NCBI GenBank assembly: GCA_963827685.1
Contig: CAWHBU010000002.1
Location: 96,001-160,000, forward strand
Direction: 5' to 3'
Length of the DNA: 64,000 nucleotides
Source: an uncultured delta proteobacterium
GTDB taxonomy: Bacteria; Desulfobacterota; BSN033; UBA1163
This document shows, piece by piece, positions 20,695 through 31,514 of this stretch. The notes under the pieces are model-generated. The model was given only the letters and a program-made list of their open reading frames with translations, was not told the DNA's origin and searched no databases. The translations under genes were made by a program, and so were the position numbers. Each line of letters opens with the position of its first letter. Positions within the stretch are counted from its first letter, which is position 1.

Positions 20695-20784
20695 TAGCAA
20701 AGGAGGTGATGAGTGAAAAGGAGATCAGCACCTATGCTAAAATATGCGAGCTGAGATCAATAAGAAAGAAAGGAGGAGAATACA

Positions 20785-21147
20785 ATGCGAAAAATAATGA
20801 TTCTTGGTGTGTTGGTTAGCTTCTTAATGGTCATGAACGTGGTCCTTCCAGTCTATGCAGCTGAGACGGTGACAGTCAAAGGAGAGGTCATTGACACTTA
20901 CTGCTATGCCTTAATGGGAGCCAAAGGCGAGAGCCATCGACAGTGCGCCATCGACTGCGTTAAAGCTGGTATTCCAGCAGGGCTCCTTGAGGACAAAACC
21001 GGGAAGGTCTATGTTTTATTGCCCAGTAAAGACAAAACCGGTTTACCTAAAGGAGTGATCGACAAGATGGGGCGTATGGCTTCCATCACCGGCAAGGTTT
21101 ATACGAGTGGCGGAAGCAGCTTTTTGACTGTTGAATCCATCAAGTGA
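20785..21147 (+). CDS. Small exported protein with conserved Cys/His motif (DxxCY...HxxCAxxCxxxGxP)
   Basis: RBS AGGAGGAG, signal peptide ending VYA-A. Confidence 0.75.
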   Translation: MRKIMILGVLVSFLMVMNVVLPVYAAETVTVKGEVIDTYCYALMGAKGESHRQCAIDCVKAGIPAGLLEDKTGKVYVLLPSKDKTGLPKGVIDKMGRMASITGKVYTSGGSSFLTVESIK

Positions 21148-21683
21148 AGCCTATGTTAGAAAACCTTCTCCCAGGAGTGCAGCACCTTCAAAACATCCAC
21201 CCATTGGTGGTTCATTTCCCCATCGCATTTTTAGCAGGGGCTGCATTCTTTTACTTTCTGTCTTGGGTTTTCCGAAACGAAACTTTCGCAACGGCAGCAT
21301 TTCTATTGCTCATCCTCGGTACCCTTGCCGCAGGGGCCGCAGTGGGAACGGGCCTTTACGGGGAGGAAGGAGTGATGGTTTCATTCTCAGTCAGACACCA
21401 TCTCTTGGAACCCCATGAAAAATTAATGCTTGCAACACTCGGAGTGAGTATAGGTTTGACCATCTGGGCGGTGGTTACAAAACGTTTTCCAAAGAAAAAG
21501 AGATTGCTCTTTCTCTTCTTACTCTTAGTATTGCTGGGAATCATGACTGGGGGAGCTGATTACGGTGCCCGAATGGTTTACGATTACAACGCAGGCGGGG
21601 ATGCTTGCTCCCAGCCTATCGACTTTACCAGGTGGAAGTTTCTAAATCTTTTCAAAGAGGGATTTGAAAAAGTTATCTGGTAG
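21144..21683 (+). CDS. DUF2231-family membrane protein
   Basis: NIHPLVVHFPIA, four TM helices, GADYGARMVY; start overlaps the previous stop. Confidence 0.8.
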   Translation: MKPMLENLLPGVQHLQNIHPLVVHFPIAFLAGAAFFYFLSWVFRNETFATAAFLLLILGTLAAGAAVGTGLYGEEGVMVSFSVRHHLLEPHEKLMLATLGVSIGLTIWAVVTKRFPKKKRLLFLFLLLVLLGIMTGGADYGARMVYDYNAGGDACSQPIDFTRWKFLNLFKEGFEKVIW

Positions 21684-22287
21684 TAAAAAACCCTTTAAGG
21701 TTTTGGTATTTCTTTTCTCCGATACCTCTTACATTTTTTAAATCCTCAACAGATCGAAAACCTCTCCTTCTTTCCCGATAGGCTATCATCTCCTGGGCCA
21801 AGGTTTCACCGATCCCGGAAATCAAACAAAGGTCCTCTATAGACACTTGATTGAGGTCGAGAGGAATGGAAAAGACGAGCAGTTTATTGGCGGCCATCCT
21901 GCTGATTCTTATCTTTATCTCTTCTTGCTTAATCTCCCTGTGTGCCCCCTGAGGTGGAGGAGGGGAAGGGGGGATTTGAGAAGATTCTTTCCCAACGATG
22001 AGGAGAGTTCCTGTTTCTAAAATTTCTGATGATGAGGTTGTATCGAATTGGGCAGCTTCTTTCAAACCTCCTGCCCTTTCAATTGCCTCTCTTAAAGTGG
22101 GTGGATTTTGAAAAAGATAGACTCCAGGATTCCGAACCTCTCCTGAGACTTCAACGACGATCTCTTCGGCGAACTCTTCTGAAGGACGGGAGGGAGGTTG
22201 ATAAGAAAATCTATAGTAGAAACTACCGAGGAGGAGAAGGGCGATAACAAAAAGAACCCATTGCTGGTGGAGGGAAAAGTATTTCAT
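21673..22287 (-). CDS. comEA: ComEA-family DNA-binding protein (SLBB + helix-hairpin-helix)
   Basis: TM anchor, VEVSGEVRNPGVY, LDLN...LISGIGETLA...FRSVEDLKNVRGIGEKK; start moved to MKYFSL. Confidence 0.85.
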   Translation of the reverse strand: MKYFSLHQQWVLFVIALLLLGSFYYRFSYQPPSRPSEEFAEEIVVEVSGEVRNPGVYLFQNPPTLREAIERAGGLKEAAQFDTTSSSEILETGTLLIVGKESSQIPPSPPPPQGAHREIKQEEIKIRISRMAANKLLVFSIPLDLNQVSIEDLCLISGIGETLAQEMIAYRERRRGFRSVEDLKNVRGIGEKKYQNLKGFFTTR

Positions 22288-22320
22288 ATATTCCCCCGAT
22301 GGAAGAGGGGCTTGGGACAA

Positions 22321-22455
22321 GCACCAAATACCAAGCACCAAATAACAAACAATTTCCAATATTCAAAATTCAAAACCTCAAACAAAACCTTTTTGGTCAT
22401 TGGAAATTGGTGCTTGAAATTTGTTTGGGATTTGGAATTTGTAATTTGGTGCTTA
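22321..22455. repeat. Heptamer-periodic inverted repeat (CCAAAT-type / ATTTGG-type arms)
   Basis: GCACCAA ATACCAA GCACCAA ATAACAA ... TTGGGAT TTGGAAT TTGTAAT TTGGTGC between cimA and comEA. Confidence 0.8.
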
Positions 22456-24033
22456 CTCTTTTTCTTCTTTTAAGAGCTTGTAGTCAATCGAGTCTACCAG
22501 CGCTTGCCAGCTTGCTTGAATGATGTTTTCAGAAACTCCAACCGTTCCCCACTTCGATTGTCCATCCCACGATTCGATCAGAACCCTCGTTTGGGCTCCG
22601 GTTCCATCCTTGGTGGAGAGGATCCTGACCTTGTAGTCGAGCAGTTTGACTTCTTTCAATTCAGGATAGAATTTTTCCAGTGCCTTTCGTATGGCATTAT
22701 CCAAAGCATTGACCGGGCCATTTCCAACGGCTGCGGTATGCTCTACTTGATCCCCTACACGAACCATAATGGTTGCTTCTGAAAGAGGGATTTCTTCCTC
22801 CGTCTTCTTCTCCACAATCACACGAAATCCCATCAGTTCAAAAAACCTTTTATGTTGCCCGAGAGCCTTTTTGATAAGAATCTCGAAAGAGCCTTCTGCT
22901 CCTTCAAATTGAAAACCTTCATTTTCCAGGTGTTTCAAGTCATCGAGGATCTTTCTCACTTTTGGATCTTTGCTCTCCAAATCAATTTTATACTCAGCGG
23001 CTTTGTAAAGGACATTCGATTCGCCTGAGAGGTCAGAGATGAGAACCCTTTGACGATTTCCAACCCGTTCCGGGGGAACATGCTCGTAGGCGGCACCACT
23101 TTTTCGGATGGCGCTCACATGCAGGCCACCCTTGTGGGCAAAAGCGCTATCCCCCACATAAGGGAGGTATTTATGATGGGGGAGGTTGGCCAACTCTGAG
23201 ACGAAACGGGAGACCTCCGTGATCTTTTTCAATTGGTCATCAGTAATGCAGTCGATTCCCATCTTCAACTTGAGATTTGGGATGACGGAACAGAGATTGG
23301 CATTCCCGCATCGTTCCCCATACCCGTTAATCGTGCCATGGACCATCCTGACACCTTCCTTGACCGCCAGGATGGTATTCGCTACTGCCATCTCGGTATC
23401 GTTATGGACATGAATGCCCAGAGAGACGGTGATTTTCTTTTTTACCTCTTTGACGATGGATCGGATTTCATCGGGGAATGTCCCACCATTGGTATCGCAT
23501 AAGACAATCCAATCAGCCTTGGCTTCCTGAGCTGCCTTCAGTGTTGAGAATGCGTACTGGGGATTGTTTTTAAATCCGTCGAAGAAATGTTCCGCATCAA
23601 AAATGACTTCCTCGATCCGATCCTTAAGGAACCGAATCGAGCTATGGATGATCTCGAGATTTTGATCAAGCGTAATATTTAACGCCTCAAGGGAATGAAT
23701 ATCCCAGGACTTTCCGACGACGGTAACCACCTTCGTGCCAGCCTCGATCAAAGCCTGGATGTTTTTGTCATTTTTGGGCAACGTTCCTGCCCGGCAGGTG
23801 CTTCCGAAAGCAGCAATCTTCGCCTGAGAAAGGGAAACCGATTTGATCTCTCGAAAAAACTGGAGGTCCTTTGGATTGGAACCGGGCCATCCCCCTTCGA
23901 TATAGTGAATCCCCAATTCATCCAGCTTTTGTGCAATCCGGACCTTGTCCTCGACAGAAAAAGAAATGTCTTCTGCTTGGGAACCGTCACGGAGCGTGGT
24001 ATCGTAAATTTTGACTGACCCTAATTGCTTCAA
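22453..24033 (-). CDS. cimA: Citramalate synthase
   Basis: [46 protein letters not shown]-terminal GNGPVNALD regulatory domain. Confidence 0.92.
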   Translation of the reverse strand: MKQLGSVKIYDTTLRDGSQAEDISFSVEDKVRIAQKLDELGIHYIEGGWPGSNPKDLQFFREIKSVSLSQAKIAAFGSTCRAGTLPKNDKNIQALIEAGTKVVTVVGKSWDIHSLEALNITLDQNLEIIHSSIRFLKDRIEEVIFDAEHFFDGFKNNPQYAFSTLKAAQEAKADWIVLCDTNGGTFPDEIRSIVKEVKKKITVSLGIHVHNDTEMAVANTILAVKEGVRMVHGTINGYGERCGNANLCSVIPNLKLKMGIDCITDDQLKKITEVSRFVSELANLPHHKYLPYVGDSAFAHKGGLHVSAIRKSGAAYEHVPPERVGNRQRVLISDLSGESNVLYKAAEYKIDLESKDPKVRKILDDLKHLENEGFQFEGAEGSFEILIKKALGQHKRFFELMGFRVIVEKKTEEEIPLSEATIMVRVGDQVEHTAAVGNGPVNALDNAIRKALEKFYPELKEVKLLDYKVRILSTKDGTGAQTRVLIESWDGQSKWGTVGVSENIIQASWQALVDSIDYKLLKEEKE

Positions 24034-24074
24034 ATCCAGAACTCCTACATGACAAAATGGTCAATGATCATTGA

Positions 24075-25314
24075 TTATTTTTCTTCCATGACCGCCGGTT
24101 TATCCAGTTCAAAAGCATCGTGGAGGGCTCGGACTGCCAATTCTGTATATTTGGAATCAATGATACAGGAGATCTTGATCTCTGAAGTGGAAATCATGTG
24201 GATATTGATCCCTTCCTTTGCCAATGCAGAAAACATCTGGGTGGCGACACTCGAGTGGCTCCTCATCCCTACTCCCACAATGGATATTTTTGCAATATCT
24301 TCATTGAATTTGACTTCTTTTCCACCGAACTCCTTATTCGTTTCTTTGACGATCTGAAGGGTTTTCGCAAAATCGGATTTGGGAACGGTGAAAGCTACAT
24401 CAGCACAGCCTTTCTCAGTGCTGGAGGTCTGAATGATCATGTCCACAACGATATTCGCATCGGCAATGGGTTTAAATAATTTGGCGGCCACTCCTGGGAT
24501 GTCCGGAAGGCGCATGACCTCGATCTTCGCTTCATTTTTGTTGTAAGTCACGCCGGAAACCACAACTTTTTCCATCTCTTTATCCTCCTTGCAGACGATT
24601 GTCCCAGGATTGTCATTAAAGGATGATCTGACATGGATAGGGACATCATATTTTTTAGCAAACTCTACAGAACGGATCTGCAGCACCTTCGCCCCGAGGC
24701 TGGCCATCTCAAGCATCTCATCATAAGAGATTCTCGATAACTTTCTTGCCTTGGGGTAAACATTCGGATCCGTCGTGTAAACCCCATCGACATCGGTATA
24801 AATTTCACACACATCCGCTCCCAACGCTGCAGCGACGGCCACAGCAGATGTGTCAGATCCTCCCCGACCGAGGGTCGTGATATTGCCTGAATCATCCACC
24901 CCCTGAAAACCTGCCACGACAACCACTCGTCCATCTTTTAAATCTTGACGCATTTTCTCCGAATCGATGCTCGCGATGCGGGCTTTGCCAAAGACACTGT
25001 CTGTGGCAATCTTGATCTGAAAGCCTAAATAGGATTTCGAAATCGCAGTCCATGGCCTTGAGGGCCATGGCGAGGAGAGCAATGGAGACCTGTTCTCCGG
25101 TTGAAACGAGAACATCGAGTTCCCTCTCATCAGGAACCGGGGTGACCTGCTGGGCCAAGCGAATGAGTTTATCTGTTTCTCCCGCCATCGCAGAGACGAC
25201 AACCACCACCTCATGGCCTTGGTTCTTGGTGTTGAGGACCCTCTTGGCCACATTTCTGATCCGCTCAACATCCCCGACAGAGGTACCACCATATTTTTGA
25301 ACTACTAACGCCAT
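24075..25314 (-). CDS. lysC: Aspartate kinase; one frameshift near 25040
   Basis: [13 protein letters not shown]...VVSAM (ORF 24892-25314) joins KSYLGFQ...TTLGRGGSD...YTDVDGV plus ACT domains (ORF 24075-25292). Confidence 0.92.
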
Positions 25315-25331
25315 TCAAACACCCCCTCTTC

Positions 25332-25410
25332 AAATGCGGATTGCGGGTTGCAGATTGATTCCCCTCACCCTTCCCCTCTCCCCTAAGGGGAGAGGGCGGG
25401 GTGAGAGGGG
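25332..25410. repeat. Partial heptamer array (ATTGCGG-like) abutting a CCCTCACCC...GGGTGAGAGGG palindrome
   Basis: AAATGCGG ATTGCGG GTTGCAG ATTGATT, then CCCCTCACCCTTCCCCTCTCCCC-TAA-GGGGAGAGGGCGGGGTGAGAGGGG. Confidence 0.7.
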
Positions 25411-25412
25411 TC

Positions 25413-25871
25413 TCACTTAGAAAGTTCTTCTACCAGCTTATGGTAGCGATCTCCTTTCCCAAGGATTTCCAACGACCGTGTGCTCTTCCCTTTATAAACG
25501 ATATGGATGAAAAGCATCTCCTTGGGAAGGAGGGAGGGAATCTTATCTGCCCATTCGATGGCTGTAATCCCTCTGCCTTGGAAATAATCGTCCAAACCTA
25601 ATTCTTCAGCTTCCTTTTCCTCTTCCAGCCGAAAAAGATCAATATGGTAAAAGGCTATTTTCCCCGGGTATTCGTTAATCAATTTAAAAGAAGGACTTGA
25701 GATATAAGTCGGGTTCCTAACTCCCACTCCTGCAGCCAGTCCCTTGATGAATTGGGTTTTTCCCGCTCCCAATTCACCCACCAAGGCCACGACATCTCCG
25801 GGCAGAAGACGACTTCCGATCCTCCTTCCAATTCGAATCGTTTCGGATGTCCTATGGGTCTCGAAGACCAC
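25413..25871 (-). CDS. tsaE: tRNA t6A biosynthesis ATPase TsaE
   Basis: LVGELGAGKT, SSPSF, HIDLFRL, IEWADK. Confidence 0.93.
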   Translation of the reverse strand: MVFETHRTSETIRIGRRIGSRLLPGDVVALVGELGAGKTQFIKGLAAGVGVRNPTYISSPSFKLINEYPGKIAFYHIDLFRLEEEKEAEELGLDDYFQGRGITAIEWADKIPSLLPKEMLFIHIVYKGKSTRSLEILGKGDRYHKLVEELSK

Positions 25872-25883
25872 CTTTTTACCCGT

Positions 25884-26056
25884 TCAAATCCCAAATCACA
25901 AATTCCAAATCCCAAATAAATCTCAATTTCCAAATCCAAATGACCGAAACGATTTTGCTTGAGATTTGGAGTTTGGCCCATTGGAAATTATTTGTAATTT
26001 GGCCTGCCTGTGCGAAGCCGCTTCGGCGAAGGCAGGTGCTTGGGATTTAGTGCTTA
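25884..26056. repeat. Heptamer-periodic inverted repeat with a 34-bp CCTGCC...GGCAGG insert (26003-26036)
   Basis: CAAATCC CAAATCA CAAATTC CAAATCC ... TTTGTAA TTTGG[insert]TG CTTGGGA TTTAGTG. Confidence 0.8.
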
Positions 26057-26096
26057 TCCCTCCTTTATCGATTGGCTAAAATATTGCGTTAAGGGA

Positions 26097-26570
26097 TTAG
26101 GCTTTAAACTTAAAGTCATCGGGATTGAGACTTTCGAGCCATTCCTTTAACTGATCTCCTTCTTTCTCCATATCGATGGTTCGCGCCTTTTCGATGACTT
26201 GTTCAGATACGAAAATCGGGGCGTCTACAGCCAGAGCGATGGCCATGGCATCGCTAGGACGGGAGTCGATGATAATCTCTTCTCCTCCTCGGTTAAGGTA
26301 AATCAAGGCATAGTAAGTATTTTCTTTCAGATCATTGACCACAATTTTCACCACCTGAAATCGAAGGGTCTTTAAGATGTTATTGATCAAATCATGAGTC
26401 GATGGTCGATGGGAGCCCATCTTCTTCAGTTTCATCGCGATGGCATTCGCCTCGAAAGGGCCGATCCAAATGGGAAGTCCTGTTTTATTCGATAAATCCA
26501 TCAGGAGAACGACAAATCCATTTGAGGTAGAATCAAACGTCAAAAACTTTACTTTCATCTCGAAATACAT
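26097..26570 (-). CDS. Bifunctional nuclease family protein (DUF151)
   Basis: LPIWIGPFEANAIA, RPSTHDL, IDSRPSDAMAIAL; start MYFEMKV after GAGAGG. Confidence 0.9.
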   Translation of the reverse strand: MYFEMKVKFLTFDSTSNGFVVLLMDLSNKTGLPIWIGPFEANAIAMKLKKMGSHRPSTHDLINNILKTLRFQVVKIVVNDLKENTYYALIYLNRGGEEIIIDSRPSDAMAIALAVDAPIFVSEQVIEKARTIDMEKEGDQLKEWLESLNPDDFKFKA

Positions 26571-26608
26571 CCTGCCTCTCCTTTCGTTCCTTTGGCCTTT
26601 GACTGGCA

Positions 26609-26776
26609 AGTGCCCCGTCCCGCCAAAGCGGGATAGGCGGGGTCCCTGCCTACCGGCAGGCAGGAAGGGGCACAATTAAAAAGATATTTCATTTGCTCGC
26701 TTTCCGCTCGCCACTACGTGTCCGGGAAGCCCCGGCGTGCCTGTCCCGTCCTGACGGGATGGCCGGGGAGCTTCAT
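26609..26776. repeat. Cluster of nested palindromes including IS200/IS605-end-like hairpins
   Basis: GTGCCCCG[TCCCGCCAAAGCGGGA]TAGGCGGGGTC[CCTGCCTACCGGCAGGCAGG]AAGGGGCAC and GAAGCCCCGG...[TCCCGTCCTGACGGGA]...CCGGGGAGCTTCA. Confidence 0.65.
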
Positions 26777-27020
26777 AAAAACTTTCTCCCAATCCTCTCT
26801 AATCTTTGAATTGATCGAATTGATCCAGGACTCTCCTTAGTTGGTTCTTGATAATAGGACAAATATATTCCTGCTGTTGTTCGTCGTCCCATCCATCCCG
26901 CTGATCTCATCTGCCGCAGGCAGGTGCTACGGAAGAGGGATGGGGGAGGGGAAAGAACACCCGTTTGACGAAAAACGCTTATTTTAGTCTATCTTAAATG
27001 AAGAAGAAGTGAAAAATCAA

Positions 27021-27200
27021 CCCTTCGGCTTTCTCCGGCCGAAAGCCCTGGGTTTGCCCTTCGGCCTGAGACTTCGGCGAGTCGCTCGACCCGGAGGCTC
27101 TCGACGGGCTCAGTCGAGTCGCTCAGGTCGATGGCTCAGGGTTGATACTGAGCAGCACATTTGGCCCCCTTTAAGAGAGAGGGTCTGGCGCCGTCGCAGC
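27021..27200. repeat. Multiply nested GC-rich palindromic intergenic element
   Basis: TCGGCCTGAG (27061-70)/CTCAGGTCGA (27122-31) enclosing GACTTCGGCGAG/CTCAGTCGAGTC, which encloses a further hairpin. Confidence 0.6.
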
Positions 27201-27201
27201 A

Positions 27202-28756
27202 TCAAATGTTTCCCTTGAGAAGGGTGGGGATTTTTTCAATGATGTCCGTTGCGATTAAGGATTTCTCTCCCATCTCTCGGGCGCCCTCATCACCAGCCAT
27301 TCCGTGGAGATAGACAGCTATTTGGAGAGAAGAGAGAATGTCAAATCCTTGACAGACCAATCCACCGATCATTCCGGTGAGCACATCCCCTGTCCCTCCT
27401 GAAGCCATTCCCGGATTACCCGTTGGGTTGATAAAGAGTCTCTCCTTTGGGGGTGGAGATCAGGGTAGGATGCCCTTTGAGGACGAGATGAACGTGCTGG
27501 GACTGTGAGAAGTTTCTGCTGAGTCCAACCCGATCTTCCAGGACTTCTTTAATCTGAGATCGAATCAGTCTTGCCATCTCTCCTGGATGGGGGGTGAGAA
27601 TGAACGAGCGATTCTTAATAGGAAGGGTTTTAGGTTGTGTCGCCAAAGCGGTCAGTCCGTCGGCATCTAAGATGATCGGGAGATCCAGTGTCCTGATCAG
27701 TTTGAGGACGAGCGATTGGGTCTCTTTAAACGTTCCCAGGCCAGGACCGATGATCACCGCCTTTTTGTTTTCGCAAAGACGGACGATGGTACCGAAGGCC
27801 CGAAGGCTAAGAGTTTGTTTGGGTGTTTCTGGAAGAGGTTCGGTCATGACCTCTGTCAATTTCATCTCCAGGATAGCATTGAGGCTCTTCGGGATAGCCA
27901 GGGTGACCAGGCCTGCCCCCATTCTGAGAGCGGCTTGACAAGCCATGACTGCGGCTCCTGTCCTGCCAACCGATCCCGCAATCACCAACAGGTGTCCGTA
28001 GTCTCCTTTGTGGGTATCCGGATTCCTTGGAATGGACATCCATTTTTGAATTTCCTCTTTTTCTAAAAGATAGGTTGGGATCTTTTCCTCCTCCACCAAT
28101 CTCTTGGGGATACCGATATCGATGACTCTTACTTTCCCCACATAGTCGAGTCCTGGCGGAATGAGATGGCCTATTTTGGGCAAACCGAAAGTGATGGTGA
28201 GGGAGGCCCGGACCGCTGTGCCAAGAGGTTTGCCTGTATCGGCATCTAAGCCGGAGGGAATGTCAATGGCGACAATGGGCGGTTGAAGCGTATTCAGATG
28301 ATCGATGACTTCTCTGTAGTAACCTCTGACCTCCGCATCGAGTCCTGTACCAAAAATGCCGTCAACCAAGATGTCAAACTTTTCCAGGTCCCTTTTCACT
28401 TTGATGTAATCTTTAGAAGAGGGGACAGAAACGACTTCCCCTTTCATGCGGTGGAAGATGCCAAAATTAGTTTCCGCATCTCCTCGGAGACCCTTCGGGT
28501 CGGTGAGGAGATAGACCCTCACATAGATCCCTTGATTCAGAAGGTATCGAGCGATCACAAACCCATCTCCCCCATTGTTTCCTTTTCCAGCAATGATGGC
28601 TATCTTCTTCTTGTGAATTTCGGGGAAACAACTGGAGATCACTTCTGCCGCCCCCCTCCCTGCATTTTCCATGAGGACGATTCCGGGAATCCGATAGGTT
28701 TCAATCGCCTTTCGATCCAATTCTTGCATCTCTTCAGCGGTCGCTACTTTCATCAT
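27202..28756 (-). CDS. nnr: Bifunctional NAD(P)H-hydrate epimerase/dehydratase; one frameshift near 27439
   Basis: LMENAGRG, GKGNNGGDG, DIPSGL, HKGDYG, GPGLG, DADGL, LTPHPGEM; continues INPTGNPGMASGGTGDVLTG in the next frame. Confidence 0.92.
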
Positions 28757-29135
28757 TTCCTTCCTCTAATAGCACATGGGCCACGGCGTAGGGTCGGTCG
28801 TGGGAAAGGGTGAGAAGAGCCTTGTCAACTCGGAGGGTTTCATAAACCTCCTTTGCCTTTCGATGGAAGGAGAACATGGGTTTTCCCATGGGATCGTTCT
28901 CCACTTCGATATCCGTCCATTGGATGCCGTTTCGAAGCCCCCATCCAATGGCTTTGAGGAAAGCCTCTTTTGCCGCAAATCGGATGGCAAAACATTCAGG
29001 CGGCCGGGCCCGGTGTTGGCACCAGGCGATCTCTTTCTCTGTAAAGACCCGACCCAAAAAGAGATCGCCCCAGCGAGACATCAGATGCTCGATCCGATCA
29101 ATATTCACAATATCAATACCCGTTCCGATAATCAT
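28734..29135 (-). CDS. acpS: Holo-[acyl-carrier-protein] synthase
   Basis: GTGIDIV, RFAAKEAFLKAIG, LTLSHD. Confidence 0.94.
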   Translation of the reverse strand: MIIGTGIDIVNIDRIEHLMSRWGDLFLGRVFTEKEIAWCQHRARPPECFAIRFAAKEAFLKAIGWGLRNGIQWTDIEVENDPMGKPMFSFHRKAKEVYETLRVDKALLTLSHDRPYAVAHVLLEEGNDESSDR

Positions 29136-29141
29136 AACTGA

Positions 29142-29250
29142 AGTTCGGAGTAATCAGTTCGGAGTTCGGAGAACTAAGCGTATGAATTGTTATGAGTTTC
29201 AGAATCTTCTGGTTTTTGACTCCGAACTCTGAACTCCGAACTCAAAACTC
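29142..29250. repeat. Heptamer-periodic inverted repeat (AGTTCGG / CCGAACT arms)
   Basis: AGTTCGG AGTAATC AGTTCGG AGTTCGG ... CTCCGAA CTCTGAA CTCCGAA CTCAAAA between pdxJ and acpS; homologous to 38109-38220. Confidence 0.85.
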
Positions 29251-29964
29251 TTATTTAATGAGGGCAATCATCTCTCGGACGGCTCGATCCAGACCTACCA
29301 AAACCGCCCGGGCAATAATGCTGTGGCCAATATTGAGTTCTTCGATTTCCTTGATTTCTGCAATCCGTCGGACATTGACATAATTCAGACCGTGCCCTGC
29401 TGCAATCTGGAGATCACGGTGAGAAGCCTCGGCGATTGCATCGAGAATCTTTTTTAACTCTCCATCTTCCTGGGAAGGAGTCTCTGCATCGCAGTAGTGA
29501 CCGGTATGAATTTCGATAACGTCAGCGCCTACATCTTCTGATGCTTTGATTTGGTCCTTTTTGGGATCAACAAAGAGGCTGACTGGGATTCCTCCTTTGT
29601 GGAGTCGTTGAATCGCCTTTTTAAGAGAGGGAAAGGATTTGATGACATCGAGGCCACCTTCTGTCGTCAATTCCTCCCTTTTTTCGGGAACAAGGGTGAC
29701 GATGCTTGGTTTGGTAGCCAGGGCAATGCGGATCATCTCTTCGGTTGCGCCCATTTCAAGATTCAATCGAGTTTGGATGATCTCCCTGAGAATTCGGAGG
29801 TCTCGATCCTGAATGTGGCGTCGATCCTCCCTCAGATGGCAAACAATTCCATCCGCTCCAGCCAATTCGACAATTCCTGCTGCTGCGGCAGGATCTGGAT
29901 ACATGACTCCTCGGGCTTGTCTGATTGTGGCGACATGATCGATGTTGACACCCAATCTCGGCAT
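29251..29964 (-). CDS. pdxJ: Pyridoxine 5'-phosphate synthase
   Basis: [47 protein letters not shown]. Confidence 0.97.
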   Translation of the reverse strand: MPRLGVNIDHVATIRQARGVMYPDPAAAAGIVELAGADGIVCHLREDRRHIQDRDLRILREIIQTRLNLEMGATEEMIRIALATKPSIVTLVPEKREELTTEGGLDVIKSFPSLKKAIQRLHKGGIPVSLFVDPKKDQIKASEDVGADVIEIHTGHYCDAETPSQEDGELKKILDAIAEASHRDLQIAAGHGLNYVNVRRIAEIKEIEELNIGHSIIARAVLVGLDRAVREMIALIK

Positions 29965-30034
29965 GATCCCCCCGGACTCGAATGTTGAAAGGGAAAAGTG
30001 GAAAGCGGTTTAACCACCTTCCACTCTCACCCTT

Positions 30035-31390
30035 CTACTTTCCAATGTATTTCTTTGCCAGTTTCACAAGGTCTTTGGCAAACCCATGGAGTTTTGTTTC
30101 GTCTTCTCCTTCGACCATGATCCGAAGGAGAGGTTCTGTCCCAGAGTAGCGAATCAAAATTCTTCCGGAATGGCCTAATGTCTTCTCAATCTCTCTGATC
30201 TTTCTTTCGATTTCCGGAAACCCAGAGAGGTTTTTCTTCTCTTTGACTTCTACGTTATAGAGAACCTGAGGAAGAGGTTCCATCACGTGGGTCAGTTCGT
30301 CTAAGGGACGTTCTTTCTGTTTCATGATGGCCAAAACTTGCAGGGCCGTCAGGACGCCATCGCAAGTCGTATTGTAATCCAAGAAGATGGTATGCCCTGA
30401 TTGTTCTCCTCCAAGGTTGAAACTTCCTCGGACCATCTCTTCGACCACATAACGATCTCCTACCTGAGTCCTGACGACTTTTCCCCCTGCGTTTTGCACC
30501 GTCCTGTCAAGCCCAATATTGCTCATGACGGTGGTGACCAATGTTCCCTTTTTCAACCTGTTTTCCGATAACATTTGAAGGGCACAGATTGCTAAAATAT
30601 AATCTCCATCTACCTGTCTTCCCTTTCGATCCACAAAAACGATCCGATCCGCATCCCCATCGAGAGCGATCCCGATATCTGCTTGCTTCTCCAGGACGAG
30701 ACGGCTGACGACTTCTGGATGAAGAGAACCACAGTTTTTATTAATATTTTCACCATCGGGTTCGGCCCCGATCGTGATCACCTCAGCCCCCAATTCCTCA
30801 AACACGGTGGGAGCGACTCGATAGGCGGCCCCGTTGGCACAATCTAAAGCAATTCGAAGCCCATCCAATGTTAAGTGGTTGGGAAACGTATTTTTGAGAA
30901 AGACCACATACCTCCCGATGGCGTCATCGATGCGATGAGCTTTTCCAACTGCACCCGCGGTGGGCCGAAGGGAGTGGAGATGATTCGAAAGGATGAGTTC
31001 TTCGATCCGGTGTTCGATCTCGTCTGGAAGCTTAAAACCGTCCTGAGAAAAAATTTTTATTCCATTATCGTAGTAAGGGTTGTGAGAAGCTGAGATCACC
31101 ACACCCGCGTTGGCCCTCATACTGGTGGTGATGAAAGCGATCCCAGGTGTGGGTAAAGGGCCCACCAACATTACATCAGCTCCCATGGAACAGATGCCAG
31201 AGGCCAACGCCGTTTCCAACATATATCCTGAGACCCGGGTATCCTTTCCTACCACGATCCGATGCCTTCCCTTTACCTCTTTAAAGATGTGGGCAATGGC
31301 CCTGCCCAACTGCATGGCGGTTTCCCCGGTCATAGGGTCTACATTGGCAACTCCTCGGATCCCATCCGTTCCAAATAGTTTACGTTTCAT
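30035..31390 (-). CDS. glmM: Phosphoglucosamine mutase
   Basis: [34 protein letters not shown]. Confidence 0.96.
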   Translation of the reverse strand: MKRKLFGTDGIRGVANVDPMTGETAMQLGRAIAHIFKEVKGRHRIVVGKDTRVSGYMLETALASGICSMGADVMLVGPLPTPGIAFITTSMRANAGVVISASHNPYYDNGIKIFSQDGFKLPDEIEHRIEELILSNHLHSLRPTAGAVGKAHRIDDAIGRYVVFLKNTFPNHLTLDGLRIALDCANGAAYRVAPTVFEELGAEVITIGAEPDGENINKNCGSLHPEVVSRLVLEKQADIGIALDGDADRIVFVDRKGRQVDGDYILAICALQMLSENRLKKGTLVTTVMSNIGLDRTVQNAGGKVVRTQVGDRYVVEEMVRGSFNLGGEQSGHTIFLDYNTTCDGVLTALQVLAIMKQKERPLDELTHVMEPLPQVLYNVEVKEKKNLSGFPEIERKIREIEKTLGHSGRILIRYSGTEPLLRIMVEGEDETKLHGFAKDLVKLAKKYIGK

Positions 31391-31485
31391 CCTTATTCAT
31401 CCATTCCTAACCGCTGAGGGGGCATTTTGTATTTGGCTTATCATAATTCCCAAATAAAGGTCAAGATTTAATGCTAACGCATTTT

Positions 31486-31512
31486 ATTCGCCCCCATAAA
31501 TGAGGGCGCTAC
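31486..31512. repeat. REP-like palindrome ATTCGCCCCCATAAATGAGGGCGCTAC (uninterrupted copy)
   Basis: Matches 48120-48145 (reverse) and the reconstructed 2675-2740. Confidence 0.75.
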
Positions 31513-31514
31513 GC

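Noticed and set aside
26799-26960. Possible small CxxU selenoprotein on the minus strand (…ACGR-TGA-DQRDGW…)
   Set aside because: No RBS or convincing SECIS; the Cys codon lies within a partial CCTGCC-type repeat, so the motif is probably coincidental.
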